Source: Bacillota bacterium (GTDB lineage: Bacteria > Bacillota > Clostridia > Lachnospirales > Lachnospiraceae). From it: DNA of 64,000 nucleotides. The position numbers were made by a program, and so were the translations under genes. The notes under the pieces were generated by a model, which was given only the letters and a program-made list of their open reading frames with translations, searched no databases and had not been told where the DNA came from. This document shows positions 31,209 to 40,558 of the stretch, in pieces. Where the stretch lies: contig JAEZUR010000071.1 of the NCBI GenBank assembly GCA_023420935.1, positions 47,434 to 111,433 of the forward strand, read 5' to 3'. The number at the start of each line of letters is the position of its first letter. Positions within the stretch are counted from its first letter, which is position 1.

Positions 31209-31242
31209 CAAGGGTGCAAGGTTTTAGAATCTTGCACCCTTG
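31209..31242 (+). terminator. Hairpin after the ABC operon (no clear U-tail)
   Basis: CAAGGGTGCAAG / CTTGCACCCTTG 12-bp stem. Confidence 0.4.
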
Positions 31243-31355
31243 TGCTATCAATAACATGGTGTATTTTGTCATACAAGAAGGGAAATTCTAACTTGTACAA
31301 TAACAGATAGTAAGATAAAATAAAATATAGTAGTAAAAGCCAGGGAGGTGTTTGT

Positions 31356-32075
31356 ATGATTGCAAAAGATGGGCAATGGATTATGGAAGGTAGCGAGGAT
31401 GAAAAACTACAGCTAAAATCCAGTAGAGACTTATCTGAATTAGTGAACAGGGTTGGATTTTTACCATTGTTTAAAAATGAGATAACAGGATTCTCAGCAG
31501 AAGAATATACCAATCCTAAGGATTGGTTCCAAGGAGATAAAGAAAAAGATCCTTGGGAGTGGAGAGGTATGATAGCCTCGGAAGGAAATATAGCATACGG
31601 AAAACTATTTCATAATAAAGCTGGGTTTGTGACAAAAGAATGGTATCCTATGTTTGCTGCCTATCGTCGTAATGGGTATGATTTCGATAGTAGATATGAA
31701 GACGGACTAGCATCAAGAAAATGTAAGCAGATCATTGAGGTGTTGGAGCAAAAAGGAACCGTTCCATCTTATGAATTAAAAAAATTAGCTGGGTTCCATA
31801 AAGATGGGGAAAAGGGTTTTGATGGTGCCATGACATTACTACAGATGCAGACCTATATTACGGTAAGAGGATTTCAATGTAAAAAGAATAAGAAGGGCGA
31901 AGACTATGGATGGGCTGTTGGAATGTATTCTTTGAGTGAGGATTTATTTGGTGAAGAATATGTACGATCTGCATACGCTATCCCTTCGGAGCAAGCAAGA
32001 GATAATATTATCCGAAGATTAATGGATGTTTACCCGGATGCAACATATGAGAGTTCACTTAGAATTATAAAATAG
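31356..32075 (+). CDS. Conserved hypothetical protein, possibly winged-helix AlkZ-related
   Basis: 239-aa ORF with a good SD (GGGAGG) and a coding-like composition. The family call comes only from my recollection of similar Lachnospiraceae proteins. Confidence 0.4.
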   Translation: MIAKDGQWIMEGSEDEKLQLKSSRDLSELVNRVGFLPLFKNEITGFSAEEYTNPKDWFQGDKEKDPWEWRGMIASEGNIAYGKLFHNKAGFVTKEWYPMFAAYRRNGYDFDSRYEDGLASRKCKQIIEVLEQKGTVPSYELKKLAGFHKDGEKGFDGAMTLLQMQTYITVRGFQCKKNKKGEDYGWAVGMYSLSEDLFGEEYVRSAYAIPSEQARDNIIRRLMDVYPDATYESSLRIIK

Positions 32076-32229
32076 CAAAAAACAAGCATTGCGTTTCGTA
32101 GAAATTTTATTGCTAAATTGTTGGTTTTCATATATAATTTAGCTTTAAACGCTATTGATAACGTAATTTACTAAGATGAATTATGGTATTAGGTAGTGAA
32201 TAAACGTGTTAAAGGAAGAGGAGAAGGAA

Positions 32230-33648
32230 ATGCTAGAGTCATTCAATAATTTTATTAATTTTATCAATCTTTATTTATGGGGACCACCAATGGTAATCTT
32301 ATTATTTGGTACCCATCTATTTCTTACTGTAAAAACTGGTTTCATACAAAGAAAGACGTTTACGGCTATTAAATTATCTGTAACAAAGGATCCAGACGCG
32401 ACAGGTGATATCAGCCAATTCGCAGCCTTAACAACAGCCCTTGCTTCCACCATAGGTACAGGTAATATTATTGGTGTTGGAACAGCAATTGCATTAGGTG
32501 GACCTGGTGCAGTATTATGGTGTTGGTTAACTGGTGTATTTGGTATTGCTACAAAATATTCTGAATCATTAATTGCCGTTAAATATAGAGTTAAAACAGA
32601 AGACGGAACAATGCTTGGTGGAGCGATGTATGCCCTTGAGCGCGGTCTGAAAATGAAGTGGCTTGGTGTATTGTTTGCTTTATTTGCTGCTTTAGCAGCG
32701 TTTGGTATTGGATGTGGTGTACAAGCTAATGCAATTGCTAATGTTATTCACACGAATCTTGGAATATCCCCTTGGATTGTGGCAGTTGTATTAGTTGTAG
32801 TGACATTTTTAGTTATTTTTGGTGGAGTACAATCCATCTCTAAAGTATGTGAAAGATTAGTGCCATTTATGGCAATTTTCTATGTTGCTGGATGTATTGC
32901 AATCTTAGTATTTAATCGTGCGTTCTTATTAGATACAATTACTTTAATCTGCAAATCAGCATTTACAACCAGAGCGGCAGCAGGTGGGTTTGTAGGAAGT
33001 ACCATTTTAGTTTCTGCTAGATATGGTATTGCTAGAGGATTATTTTCCAATGAATCTGGTATGGGTTCTGCACCTATTGTTGCAGCAGCTGCACAGACAA
33101 GAAATCCAGTGCGTCAGGCTTTAGTGTCTTCTACAGGAACATTTTGGGACACGGTAGTTGTTTGCTTAATGACCGGGTTAGTTCTTGTTAGTACAATCAT
33201 ATCTTCTGGTCAAACGGATATGGCTGGCTTAAGCGGTGGTGATTTAACCTCAATCGCATTTTCCAAAATCCCATATATCGGAGTACCAATTTTAGTAATT
33301 GGAATCATCTGTTTTGCTTATTCCACAATTTTAGGCTGGTCATACTATGGGGAACGATGTGCAGAGTACCTATTGGGCAAGAAAGTGCTTCTTCCATACC
33401 GTATTCTATGGTTGGTTGTGTTATTGATTGCACCTGTTGTTAATTTAGCATTAGTATGGAATCTAGCGGACACATTAAATGCTTTAATGGCAATACCTAA
33501 CTTGATAGCGGTAATTATGTTATCTGGTTTAGTTGCCAAAGAGACAAAGTATTATTTATATGAAGGTCGTTTGGATGAAATAGATACAACTCCAATACCA
33601 GTTGTTTCAAAAGAAACGAATACAATAGCTGAAGTTGAAGTAGAATAA
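32230..33648 (+). CDS. Alanine/glycine:cation symporter (AGCS family)
   Basis: ALASTIGTGNIIGV signature and about 10 TM helices. ATG 32230 follows GGAGAAGG. Confidence 0.85.
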   Translation: MLESFNNFINFINLYLWGPPMVILLFGTHLFLTVKTGFIQRKTFTAIKLSVTKDPDATGDISQFAALTTALASTIGTGNIIGVGTAIALGGPGAVLWCWLTGVFGIATKYSESLIAVKYRVKTEDGTMLGGAMYALERGLKMKWLGVLFALFAALAAFGIGCGVQANAIANVIHTNLGISPWIVAVVLVVVTFLVIFGGVQSISKVCERLVPFMAIFYVAGCIAILVFNRAFLLDTITLICKSAFTTRAAAGGFVGSTILVSARYGIARGLFSNESGMGSAPIVAAAAQTRNPVRQALVSSTGTFWDTVVVCLMTGLVLVSTIISSGQTDMAGLSGGDLTSIAFSKIPYIGVPILVIGIICFAYSTILGWSYYGERCAEYLLGKKVLLPYRILWLVVLLIAPVVNLALVWNLADTLNALMAIPNLIAVIMLSGLVAKETKYYLYEGRLDEIDTTPIPVVSKETNTIAEVEVE

Positions 33649-33671
33649 TTCATAGATAGTAATATAATAAA

Positions 33672-33725
33672 TCCCTTGCAATTATGACGAATCGTTATCC
33701 TGATTCATAATTGCAAGGGATTTTT
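33672..33725. terminator. Bidirectional intrinsic terminator between convergent genes
   Basis: 16-bp stem TCCCTTGCAATTATGA / TCATAATTGCAAGGGA, with a T-run downstream and an A-rich run upstream. Confidence 0.75.
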
Positions 33726-33775
33726 CGGCTCTGCGTCAATAGTGAAGTATGCGCCATATGTTAGTCAAAATCTTA

Positions 33776-34379
33776 TTAGTTGGGATCTAATATGGAAACA
33801 ATATTTTTTAAAGATTGTTCATATTCCTCTTGGCTAGAATTCTTAAATATTAATAAATCATCTACAATGGTTGGATCGTCAAGAGCAGTTGGGATAGTGA
33901 AATCACATTTTTGAATATATTCATCCCAATTGGCTAATTTCCACGCATCTCGATCAGAATTTCTTTCTTCCATTCTTTGTTTACAAACAGAGATAGAAGT
34001 TTCTACCCAGATAACAACTAAAGAGGCACCCTTTTCTTCTGCTTTTTTCTTTAATTCATCCATATAAGCTTTGTCTCGGATTTCTCTGGTAAATGGTGCG
34101 TTGATTAATACTAGGTTATCATACTCTAGTGCCTCCATTGCTAACTCAATAATAGCCTCATATTCATAATCGCGTATATTTTCTTCAAAGAATTCAGAAC
34201 TACGGTTGTATTCCTGGCCTGCTACTTTAAAAATTTGCTTCGATAAACAGATTAAGGTATCTTTATCAAGGTAAACAATATGACTTAATGCCTTTGCTAA
34301 TTGCTTGGATACATAAGTTTTACCACATGCCGGTGGTGAGGTAACTAAGATTAATTTCTTTAATGCTTGATCCTCCCAT
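33776..34379 (-). pseudogene. P-loop NTPase/kinase-like gene with an apparent N-terminal frameshift
   Basis: The track ORF (33776..34138) starts after the Walker A motif. The same frame stays open upstream and encodes KKLILVTSPPACGKTYVSKQLA, but it has no ATG/GTG/TTG. The only upstream ATG (34379) is in another frame and reaches TAA after 19 codons. Confidence 0.5.
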
Positions 34380-34565
34380 ATTAATATTATTCCAATGTAC
34401 CAAATACAAGTAAAATGTCATTGAAGACGAGTATTGGAATATTAGTTATGAGTATTATAGCATGTTGGATTAGGTACCACAATAAGATAAGATAGTATAT
34501 TGACAAAATAGGATGTGAATGCCATACTTTATGACATTACAAAGAATTAAAAGGAGGAAATAGTA

Positions 34566-35384
34566 GTGATAACCGTCAAGGAAGAGAAATGCATTGGATG
34601 TAGTGCATGTGTGAAAGATTGTGTAGCAAAGGACATAGAAGTAATAAATAAGAAAGCAAATGCCAAAAGAATCAGTTGTATTAACTGTGGGCACTGTATT
34701 GCTGTCTGTCCGACGAATGCAATAACGATGGATGATCATAATATGGATGAGATTATGGACTATAAGGAAGAAACGTTTCAAATTGATCCAGGTCATCTTC
34801 TTAATTTTATAAAGTTCAGAAGATCAGTAAGAAGATTTAAGAATCAGGAAATACCAGAAGATGTATTAAAGAATATTATTGAAGCTGGGAGATTTACAGC
34901 AACAGGTTCCAATCGCCAAAATGTTTCTTATATTGTGGTGCAAAAAGAAATGAATGCTTTAAGAGGTCTTGCTTTAAAGCATTTAAATGAGATGGCACAA
35001 GCAATTCTAAAAAAAGATCCGTCGAATTTGGCAATGGTTCAATTTGCCAAACGCTGGGAAGCACAGTATTTAGCAGATCAACAACAACCAGGAGCACAAG
35101 ATGGGCTCTTTTATAATGCAACAGCACTTATTTTATTGGTTTCAGATTCTTCGGTAGACGCATCCTTAGCAGCCTCAAATATGGAATTATTGGCTGCAGC
35201 TCAAGGAATCGGAAGTTTCTATGGTGGATTTTTTATGAGAGTGGCACAGCATAATCGCGAAATTAAGGAAACACTAGGAATTCAAGAGAATCAGGAAGTT
35301 ATGGTTTGTATGGCGCTTGGTTATCCAGATGTTACTTATTTAAGAACAGTACCAAGAAAAGAAGCAGAAATAAAATGGATGTAA
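34566..35384 (+). CDS. Nitroreductase-family protein with N-terminal 2x[4Fe-4S] ferredoxin domain
   Basis: CIGCSACVKDC and CINCGHCIAVCP motifs, followed by the nitroreductase fold (RRSVRRF ... GSNRQN). GTG start after AAAGGAGG. Confidence 0.8.
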   Translation: MITVKEEKCIGCSACVKDCVAKDIEVINKKANAKRISCINCGHCIAVCPTNAITMDDHNMDEIMDYKEETFQIDPGHLLNFIKFRRSVRRFKNQEIPEDVLKNIIEAGRFTATGSNRQNVSYIVVQKEMNALRGLALKHLNEMAQAILKKDPSNLAMVQFAKRWEAQYLADQQQPGAQDGLFYNATALILLVSDSSVDASLAASNMELLAAAQGIGSFYGGFFMRVAQHNREIKETLGIQENQEVMVCMALGYPDVTYLRTVPRKEAEIKWM

Positions 35385-35419
35385 GCTAATAATTCAGTTA
35401 GGGGATAAGGAGAGGAATC

Positions 35420-35584
35420 ATGGAATTATATCTTTATAAGTGTCCAGTGTGTGGATTTATTCATCAGGTCCCAGCTTATTGGGTATCATTTTCACCGGAA
35501 GAGACATACGAGTTTGCGCATATGAATGTAGAGACTGGACAGATGTGCGACAATATGGAACTAGAGATAGTAACGGAAGCTTGA
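35420..35584 (+). CDS. Small 54-aa CxxC protein (unannotated, below the track length cutoff)
   Basis: ATG 35420 is preceded by AAGGAGAGG. Translation: MELYLYKCPVCGFIHQVPAYWVSFSPEETYEFAHMNVETGQMCDNMELEIVTEA. Stop is TGA 35582-35584. Confidence 0.45.
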   Translation: MELYLYKCPVCGFIHQVPAYWVSFSPEETYEFAHMNVETGQMCDNMELEIVTEA

Positions 35585-35710
35585 TATTAGAAAAAATTAA
35601 GGTCTCTTTTAAAATCATTGGTTATGATAATGTACTAACAGAAACTGCTCTTGCATACAATGTAAAAACAAGCATTGTAGGAGGATTCCGATTCCTTCGG
35701 AAAAGTATAA

Positions 35711-35971
35711 ATGAAAGGATACATAGAGGAGAGAGCAGTAGATATTGCCAATTACATCATTGATTACAATGCCACAGTACGTCAAACAGCCAAGCAATTT
35801 GGAATCTCAAAGAGTACGGTTCATAAAGATGTAACTGAAAGGTTGATTCAAATCAATCCTGCATTGGCAAGCAGGGCTCGTTTGGTATTAGATTTAAACA
35901 AATCAGAGCGTCACATTAGAGGTGGAATGGCTACAAAGGAGAAGTATTTGCATCAGGTTCGATATCATTAA
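35711..35971 (+). CDS. spoIIID: Stage III sporulation transcriptional regulator SpoIIID
   Basis: YIEERAVDIANYII...TVRQTAKQFGISKSTVHKDVTERL...RHIRGGMATKEKY closely matches Bacillus SpoIIID. Confidence 0.9.
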   Translation: MKGYIEERAVDIANYIIDYNATVRQTAKQFGISKSTVHKDVTERLIQINPALASRARLVLDLNKSERHIRGGMATKEKYLHQVRYH

Positions 35972-35997
35972 GTAAATGGTCAGTACGAAATAAAAAA

Positions 35998-36038
35998 GAA
36001 CAAATTGTGGTCCTCCCAGCCACAATTTGTTCTTTTTT
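35998..36038. terminator. Bidirectional intrinsic terminator (spoIIID / CHAP gene)
   Basis: GAACAAATTGTGG / CCACAATTTGTTC stem flanked by A6 and T6. Confidence 0.8.
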
Positions 36039-36119
36039 AATGACAAGTACAGATGCATTTGTCATAGCCCTAGAATCGTTGGAAGGAAATTCCCCAAATT
36101 CTCTTCCGTACATATGATT

Positions 36120-36626
36120 CTAGTTGTTTAATCTGTAAAATCCAATACTGTTTGTTTCTGCCGTTCGCTCTTTAACTGTTACCGTTTTTCCGCCTTGCTT
36201 CCACTTCCAATTCTGTTCAATTAGGGTAACCGTATCATCTTCGTTCACTTTCTTTACGATTGCCCAATGAGTTGATCCGTGACTAGTGTTGCAGGCAGCA
36301 ATATCTCCAATCTGTGGCTCGGTAACCTTGGTGAATTTCTCACCACCATAACATTTTGGAGTACTATTATAAAAGAGGTTGTATACTTTCACATCATACA
36401 CTTCTTTATAATACTTCTTAATATAAGCAGCGCAGGAATAAACTGCGTCACTTCCGTCTGATCCGCCAGGTCTGTAGATTGCATCTACACCATTCAACGT
36501 ATCTGCTACAAATTCATTCGAATTTATGATTATTGTATCAGCGGCTTGTGCTACTGGTACACCGATACCTACAAAAAATAGTGTGAAAGCTAAAATTACT
36601 CCTAAAAATACTCTTATTTTCCTCAT
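36120..36626 (-). CDS. Secreted CHAP/NlpC-P60-like amidase domain protein
   Basis: Signal peptide present, with a candidate catalytic Cys (YSCAAYIKKYY) and His (GSTHWAIV). ATG 36626 is preferred over TTG 36644. Confidence 0.55.
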   Translation of the reverse strand: MRKIRVFLGVILAFTLFFVGIGVPVAQAADTIIINSNEFVADTLNGVDAIYRPGGSDGSDAVYSCAAYIKKYYKEVYDVKVYNLFYNSTPKCYGGEKFTKVTEPQIGDIAACNTSHGSTHWAIVKKVNEDDTVTLIEQNWKWKQGGKTVTVKERTAETNSIGFYRLNN

Positions 36627-36930
36627 TGGTGTTAGTCCTCTCAAGAATCATCAAATAGCATGCTTTTAATATAACAAATATCAGCGATATTGACAACATA
36701 AAATTAATAAATGCGTAACATTTCGTTAACATATACTAAAAGACATAGTAGGTTTTATGAAAAACGTATAACGTTTGGAAACAATTGCACGGTTTGATAT
36801 CTAAATTACCATTTAAAAAAAGTATCATTTGTGTTACAATAGTTAGGATGTACTTTACATGAGAGAAAAGTATAATAATAAATCTTGATTTAAAACTGCA
36901 AAAGTTGGTCTGAATCAGAGGAGGAATACA

Positions 36931-38250
36931 ATGAAAGTAGCAACCTTTAAGCGTGGCATTCACCCGTTTGATGGAAAAGAATTATCAAAGGACATGCCAA
37001 CTAAAAAGATTTTGCCAAAAGGAGATTTAGTCTATCCAATGTCACAACATATTGGTGCCCCTGCTAAACCTTTAGTAGGCGTAGGCGATAAGGTATTGGT
37101 CGGACAAAAAATTGGAGAGGCAGTTGGTTTTGTGTCTTCTAATATCTATAGTTCGGTGTCAGGAACAGTCAAAGCGATAGAGAATCGTTTAATTGTATCT
37201 GGCAATCAATCATTATCCGTAGTTGTGGAAAATGATAACGCCTATACTCCGGTAGAGGGACTTGGTCAAAAAAGAGACTATAAAGGAATGACTAAGGATG
37301 ACATAAGAACTTGTGTGAAAGAAGCTGGTATTGTTGGAATGGGAGGAGCTGGGTTCCCTACTCATATAAAACTTACTCCCAAAGATGATAAGATGATACA
37401 ATATGTTCTTATAAACGGAGCAGAATGTGAGCCTTATCTTACATCAGATTATCGAATGATGTTAGAGGAACCAGAACAGATTATTACTGGTTTAAATATA
37501 ATCCTACGATTATTTGAAGATGCAAAAGGTATTATAGCAATTGAAGACAACAAACCGGAATGTATTAAGATTTTAAGTGAGTTAGTGAAAAAAGAAGATC
37601 GCATTGAAGTAAAAGTACTAGAGACAAAGTATCCACAAGGTGCGGAACGTCAGCTAATCTATGCTTCTACGGGAAGAAAATTAAATTCTTCTATGTTACC
37701 TAGTGATGTTGGATGTATTGTTATTAATGTTGACACTGCAATCTCTACTTATCTAGCAGTATGTGAATCTACTCCTTTAATTCGAAGAATTTTAACTGTA
37801 ACGGGAGATGCCATAAGAAAACCTGGTAATTTTAACGTTAAAACAGGAATGAATTATAGAGAATTAATCGAGCATGTGGAAGGTTTTGCGAATCAGCCAG
37901 AAAAAATTATATCCGGTGGACCTATGATGGGAACTGCAATCTATAGTTTAGATATCCCTGTGACTAAGACATCTTCTGCGCTTTTATGCTTTACAAAAGA
38001 TGAAGTGGCAGCACAGGAACCAACGGCTTGTATCCGCTGTGGTAAGTGTGTGGAAGTCTGTCCATGCGGTTTAATACCTCAAAAAATGATTGAATACTCG
38101 GATAATTTTGATGACGAAGGATTCCAGAAGGTCTATGGAATGGAATGTTATGAATGCGGTAGCTGTACGTATATATGCCCCGCAAAACGCAGGTTAACCC
38201 AATCCTTTAAGCAAACTCGCCGAAGTGTTTTAGATAATAGAAAGAAATAG
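36931..38250 (+). CDS. rnfC: Rnf electron transport complex subunit C
   Basis: GMGGAGFPTHIK NADH/FMN motif and two C-terminal CxxCxxCxxxCP clusters. Confidence 0.9.
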   Translation: MKVATFKRGIHPFDGKELSKDMPTKKILPKGDLVYPMSQHIGAPAKPLVGVGDKVLVGQKIGEAVGFVSSNIYSSVSGTVKAIENRLIVSGNQSLSVVVENDNAYTPVEGLGQKRDYKGMTKDDIRTCVKEAGIVGMGGAGFPTHIKLTPKDDKMIQYVLINGAECEPYLTSDYRMMLEEPEQIITGLNIILRLFEDAKGIIAIEDNKPECIKILSELVKKEDRIEVKVLETKYPQGAERQLIYASTGRKLNSSMLPSDVGCIVINVDTAISTYLAVCESTPLIRRILTVTGDAIRKPGNFNVKTGMNYRELIEHVEGFANQPEKIISGGPMMGTAIYSLDIPVTKTSSALLCFTKDEVAAQEPTACIRCGKCVEVCPCGLIPQKMIEYSDNFDDEGFQKVYGMECYECGSCTYICPAKRRLTQSFKQTRRSVLDNRKK

Positions 38251-38262
38251 GGGGAAGAAAAA

Positions 38263-39210
38263 GTGAGCGACTTACTAAACGTATCAGCATCCCCACATGT
38301 CAGAAGCAAAATTTCAACCAAATCAATTATGCTTGATGTTTTTATTGCATTAATTCCAGCTACGTTGTTTGGAATCTATAATTTTGGTCTAAATGCATTA
38401 CTTATTGTTTTGACATGTGTAACTACTAGCGTGCTGACAGAATACATATATGAAAGAGCAATGAAAAAACCGATTACAACCAGTGACTTAAGTGCAGCAT
38501 TAACGGGACTTTTACTTGCGCTTAATCTTCCTTCCACAGCACCAATGTGGTTAGCTATTATAGGTAGTGTATTTGCAATCTTGATAGTAAAACAAATATA
38601 TGGTGGATTAGGCCAGAATTTCATGAATCCTGCTCTAGCTGCAAGATGCTTTTTGCTAATTTCATTTACTGGCAGAATGACGAATTTTCCGAATATGTCA
38701 CTTGATGGCGTGTCATCAGCAACTCCTTTGGCGGCTATGCGTGCTGGAGAATCGGTGGATATAGTTCAGATGTTCATTGGAACAATTAGTGGAACAATTG
38801 GAGAGACTTCGGTTGTTGCAATTTTAATTGGTGCACTTTATCTTTTTGCTAAAAAGATCATTAACTGGAGAATTCCATTATTGTATATTGGTTCTTTTGC
38901 TGTGTTTGTTTTAATATTTAGCGGACAAGGCCTAGACTTTAGCTATCTGGGAGCACAATTATGTGCCGGTGGTTTGTTATTAGGAGCGTTTTTTATGGCG
39001 ACGGATTATGTTACCAGTCCGATTACTCCGAAAGGACAGATTATTTATGGATTAGCTCTGGGCGTGTTAACAGGCATATTCAGAATGTTTGGATCTATGG
39101 CAGAGGGAGTTTCCTATGCCATTATATTCTGTAATCTTTTAGTGCCATTGATTGAAAAGGTTACCATTCCTATTCCGTTTGGAAGGGAGGGCATGAAACA
39201 TGCAAAATAA
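38263..39210 (+). CDS. rnfD: Rnf complex subunit D
   Basis: SASPH N-terminus, polytopic, and the SGATPL-type FMN attachment region (SSATPLAA). Confidence 0.9.
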   Translation: MSDLLNVSASPHVRSKISTKSIMLDVFIALIPATLFGIYNFGLNALLIVLTCVTTSVLTEYIYERAMKKPITTSDLSAALTGLLLALNLPSTAPMWLAIIGSVFAILIVKQIYGGLGQNFMNPALAARCFLLISFTGRMTNFPNMSLDGVSSATPLAAMRAGESVDIVQMFIGTISGTIGETSVVAILIGALYLFAKKIINWRIPLLYIGSFAVFVLIFSGQGLDFSYLGAQLCAGGLLLGAFFMATDYVTSPITPKGQIIYGLALGVLTGIFRMFGSMAEGVSYAIIFCNLLVPLIEKVTIPIPFGREGMKHAK

Positions 39211-39832
39211 GAACAAATCAAATAATACGATTATAAAAGATGCGATTGCTTTATTTGGAATCACGCTGGTTGCTGGATTGTTACTGGGATGGGTATATCA
39301 AACGACGAAAGATCCTATTACACAATCAGAGTTAAAAGCAAAACAGGAGGCTTATCAGGCCGTTTACACGGATGCAAGTGAATTTGAGGAAGATGCTGTT
39401 TTAACGAAAGCAGTAACAGAATCGGGCAGCTTTTTTGAAGAGAATGGTATTACAGGAGCTGAACTTACAGAAGCATTACTTGCTAAAAATGATAATGGTG
39501 ATGTCATCGGGTATGTTATGTCCGTAACGGGCACGGAAGGATATGCTGGAGATATTAAATTTACCATTGGTATAGATAAAGATGGAATGGTAACTGGGCT
39601 CGAAGTTTTATCTATGAATGAAACTGCAGGACTTGGTGCTAAGTGTAAAGAGGATGAGTTTAAGAACCAATACGTTGGCATCAATGCAGATGAAGTAATC
39701 TTAACCAAGACAGGGAAACAGAAAGATAATGAGATAGATGCCATTAGTGGTGCTACCATTACATCAAATGCAGTAACCAAAGCGGTTAATGCAGGAATTG
39801 CATTTGTAAAGAAAGACTTAGCAGAAAACTAG
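39200..39832 (+). CDS. rnfG: Rnf complex subunit G
   Basis: Single N-terminal TM segment, an FMN-binding domain, and the DAISGATITS motif. Confidence 0.85.
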   Translation: MQNKNKSNNTIIKDAIALFGITLVAGLLLGWVYQTTKDPITQSELKAKQEAYQAVYTDASEFEEDAVLTKAVTESGSFFEENGITGAELTEALLAKNDNGDVIGYVMSVTGTEGYAGDIKFTIGIDKDGMVTGLEVLSMNETAGLGAKCKEDEFKNQYVGINADEVILTKTGKQKDNEIDAISGATITSNAVTKAVNAGIAFVKKDLAEN

Positions 39833-39845
39833 AAGGAGGGATAAG

Positions 39846-40553
39846 ATGAATAAATATATAGAACGTATTTTTAATGGCATCATCAAGGAAAACCCTACCT
39901 TTGTTTTGATGCTTGGTATGTGTCCGACACTAGCAGTAACATCATCTGCTATTAATGGAATGGGTATGGGTTTGACAACTACAGTTGTACTAATTATGTC
40001 TAATGCTTTGATTGCTGCACTTCGTAGTATTATACCGAACAAAGTAAGAATTCCAGCGTTTATTGTAGTGGTTGCATCCTTCGTTACTGTGGTTCAGTTA
40101 TTGCTACAGGCATATTTGCCATTTTTATATGAATCACTTGGAATCTACATTCCTTTAATTGTGGTGAATTGCATTATTTTAGGTAGAGCGGAAGCATATG
40201 CTTCCAAGAACACTATATTGTTATCTTCATTTGATGGAATAGGAATGGGATTAGGATTTACATTAGGATTAACTTTGATCGGTATGTTTCGAGAGTTAAT
40301 TGGTAATGGAACTATTTTTAATCTTGGAATTATGCCGAAAACATATGAACCAGCTACCATTTTTGTGTTGGCACCAGGTGCATTTTTTGTATTAGCGATG
40401 TTAACAGCAGTACAAAACAAACTAAAACTTCCTTCTGCAACCAATGGGACATCACAAAATACCACTGGATGTAATGGCAACTGCGGAAGTTGTAGTGGGT
40501 CAGAGTGTATTGCGAATCGCGATTCACTTCATAGTGAAAAGAAGGGAGATTGA
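39846..40553 (+). CDS. rnfE: Rnf complex subunit E (with Cys-rich C-terminal tail)
   Basis: NPTFVLMLGMCPTLAVT and ILGRAEAYA motifs. There are about 40 extra C-terminal residues containing GCNGNCGSCSGSEC. Confidence 0.9.
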   Translation: MNKYIERIFNGIIKENPTFVLMLGMCPTLAVTSSAINGMGMGLTTTVVLIMSNALIAALRSIIPNKVRIPAFIVVVASFVTVVQLLLQAYLPFLYESLGIYIPLIVVNCIILGRAEAYASKNTILLSSFDGIGMGLGFTLGLTLIGMFRELIGNGTIFNLGIMPKTYEPATIFVLAPGAFFVLAMLTAVQNKLKLPSATNGTSQNTTGCNGNCGSCSGSECIANRDSLHSEKKGD

Positions 40554-40558
40554 TATAA

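Noticed and set aside
31022-31513. 163-aa minus-strand ORF spanning the permease 3' end, the terminator and the next gene's start
   Set aside because: It crosses an intergenic terminator hairpin and is antisense to two well-supported genes. Its composition is typical of AT-rich antisense frames. The same reasoning applies to 27985..28422, 39364..39780, 12579..12944, 40145..40480, 56753..57232 and the other short antisense ORFs in the track.
32076-32229. Expected glycine riboswitch upstream of the alanine/glycine:cation symporter
   Set aside because: I could not find the conserved GGAGAG...CACCG-type cores. The 150-nt spacer looks like a plain AT-rich promoter region.
35625-35661. Sigma-E promoter for spoIIID (CATACAAT at 35654-35661)
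   Set aside because: The -10-like octamer is good. The only ATA-type -35 candidate (TGATAAT, 35625-35631) is 22 nt away, too far for the consensus spacing I recall. I left it unannotated.
35440-35763. 107-aa plus-strand ORF from the track
   Set aside because: It overlaps both the SD-preceded 54-codon ORF (35420..35584) and the start of spoIIID in other frames. It has a low-complexity, non-coding look.
36831-36841. Possible Rex box (TTGTGTTACAA) upstream of rnfC
   Set aside because: It is only a short partial palindrome and does not fit the TTGTTAA-N4-TTAACAA type consensus I recall. It more likely belongs to an extended -10 (TGtTACAAT).
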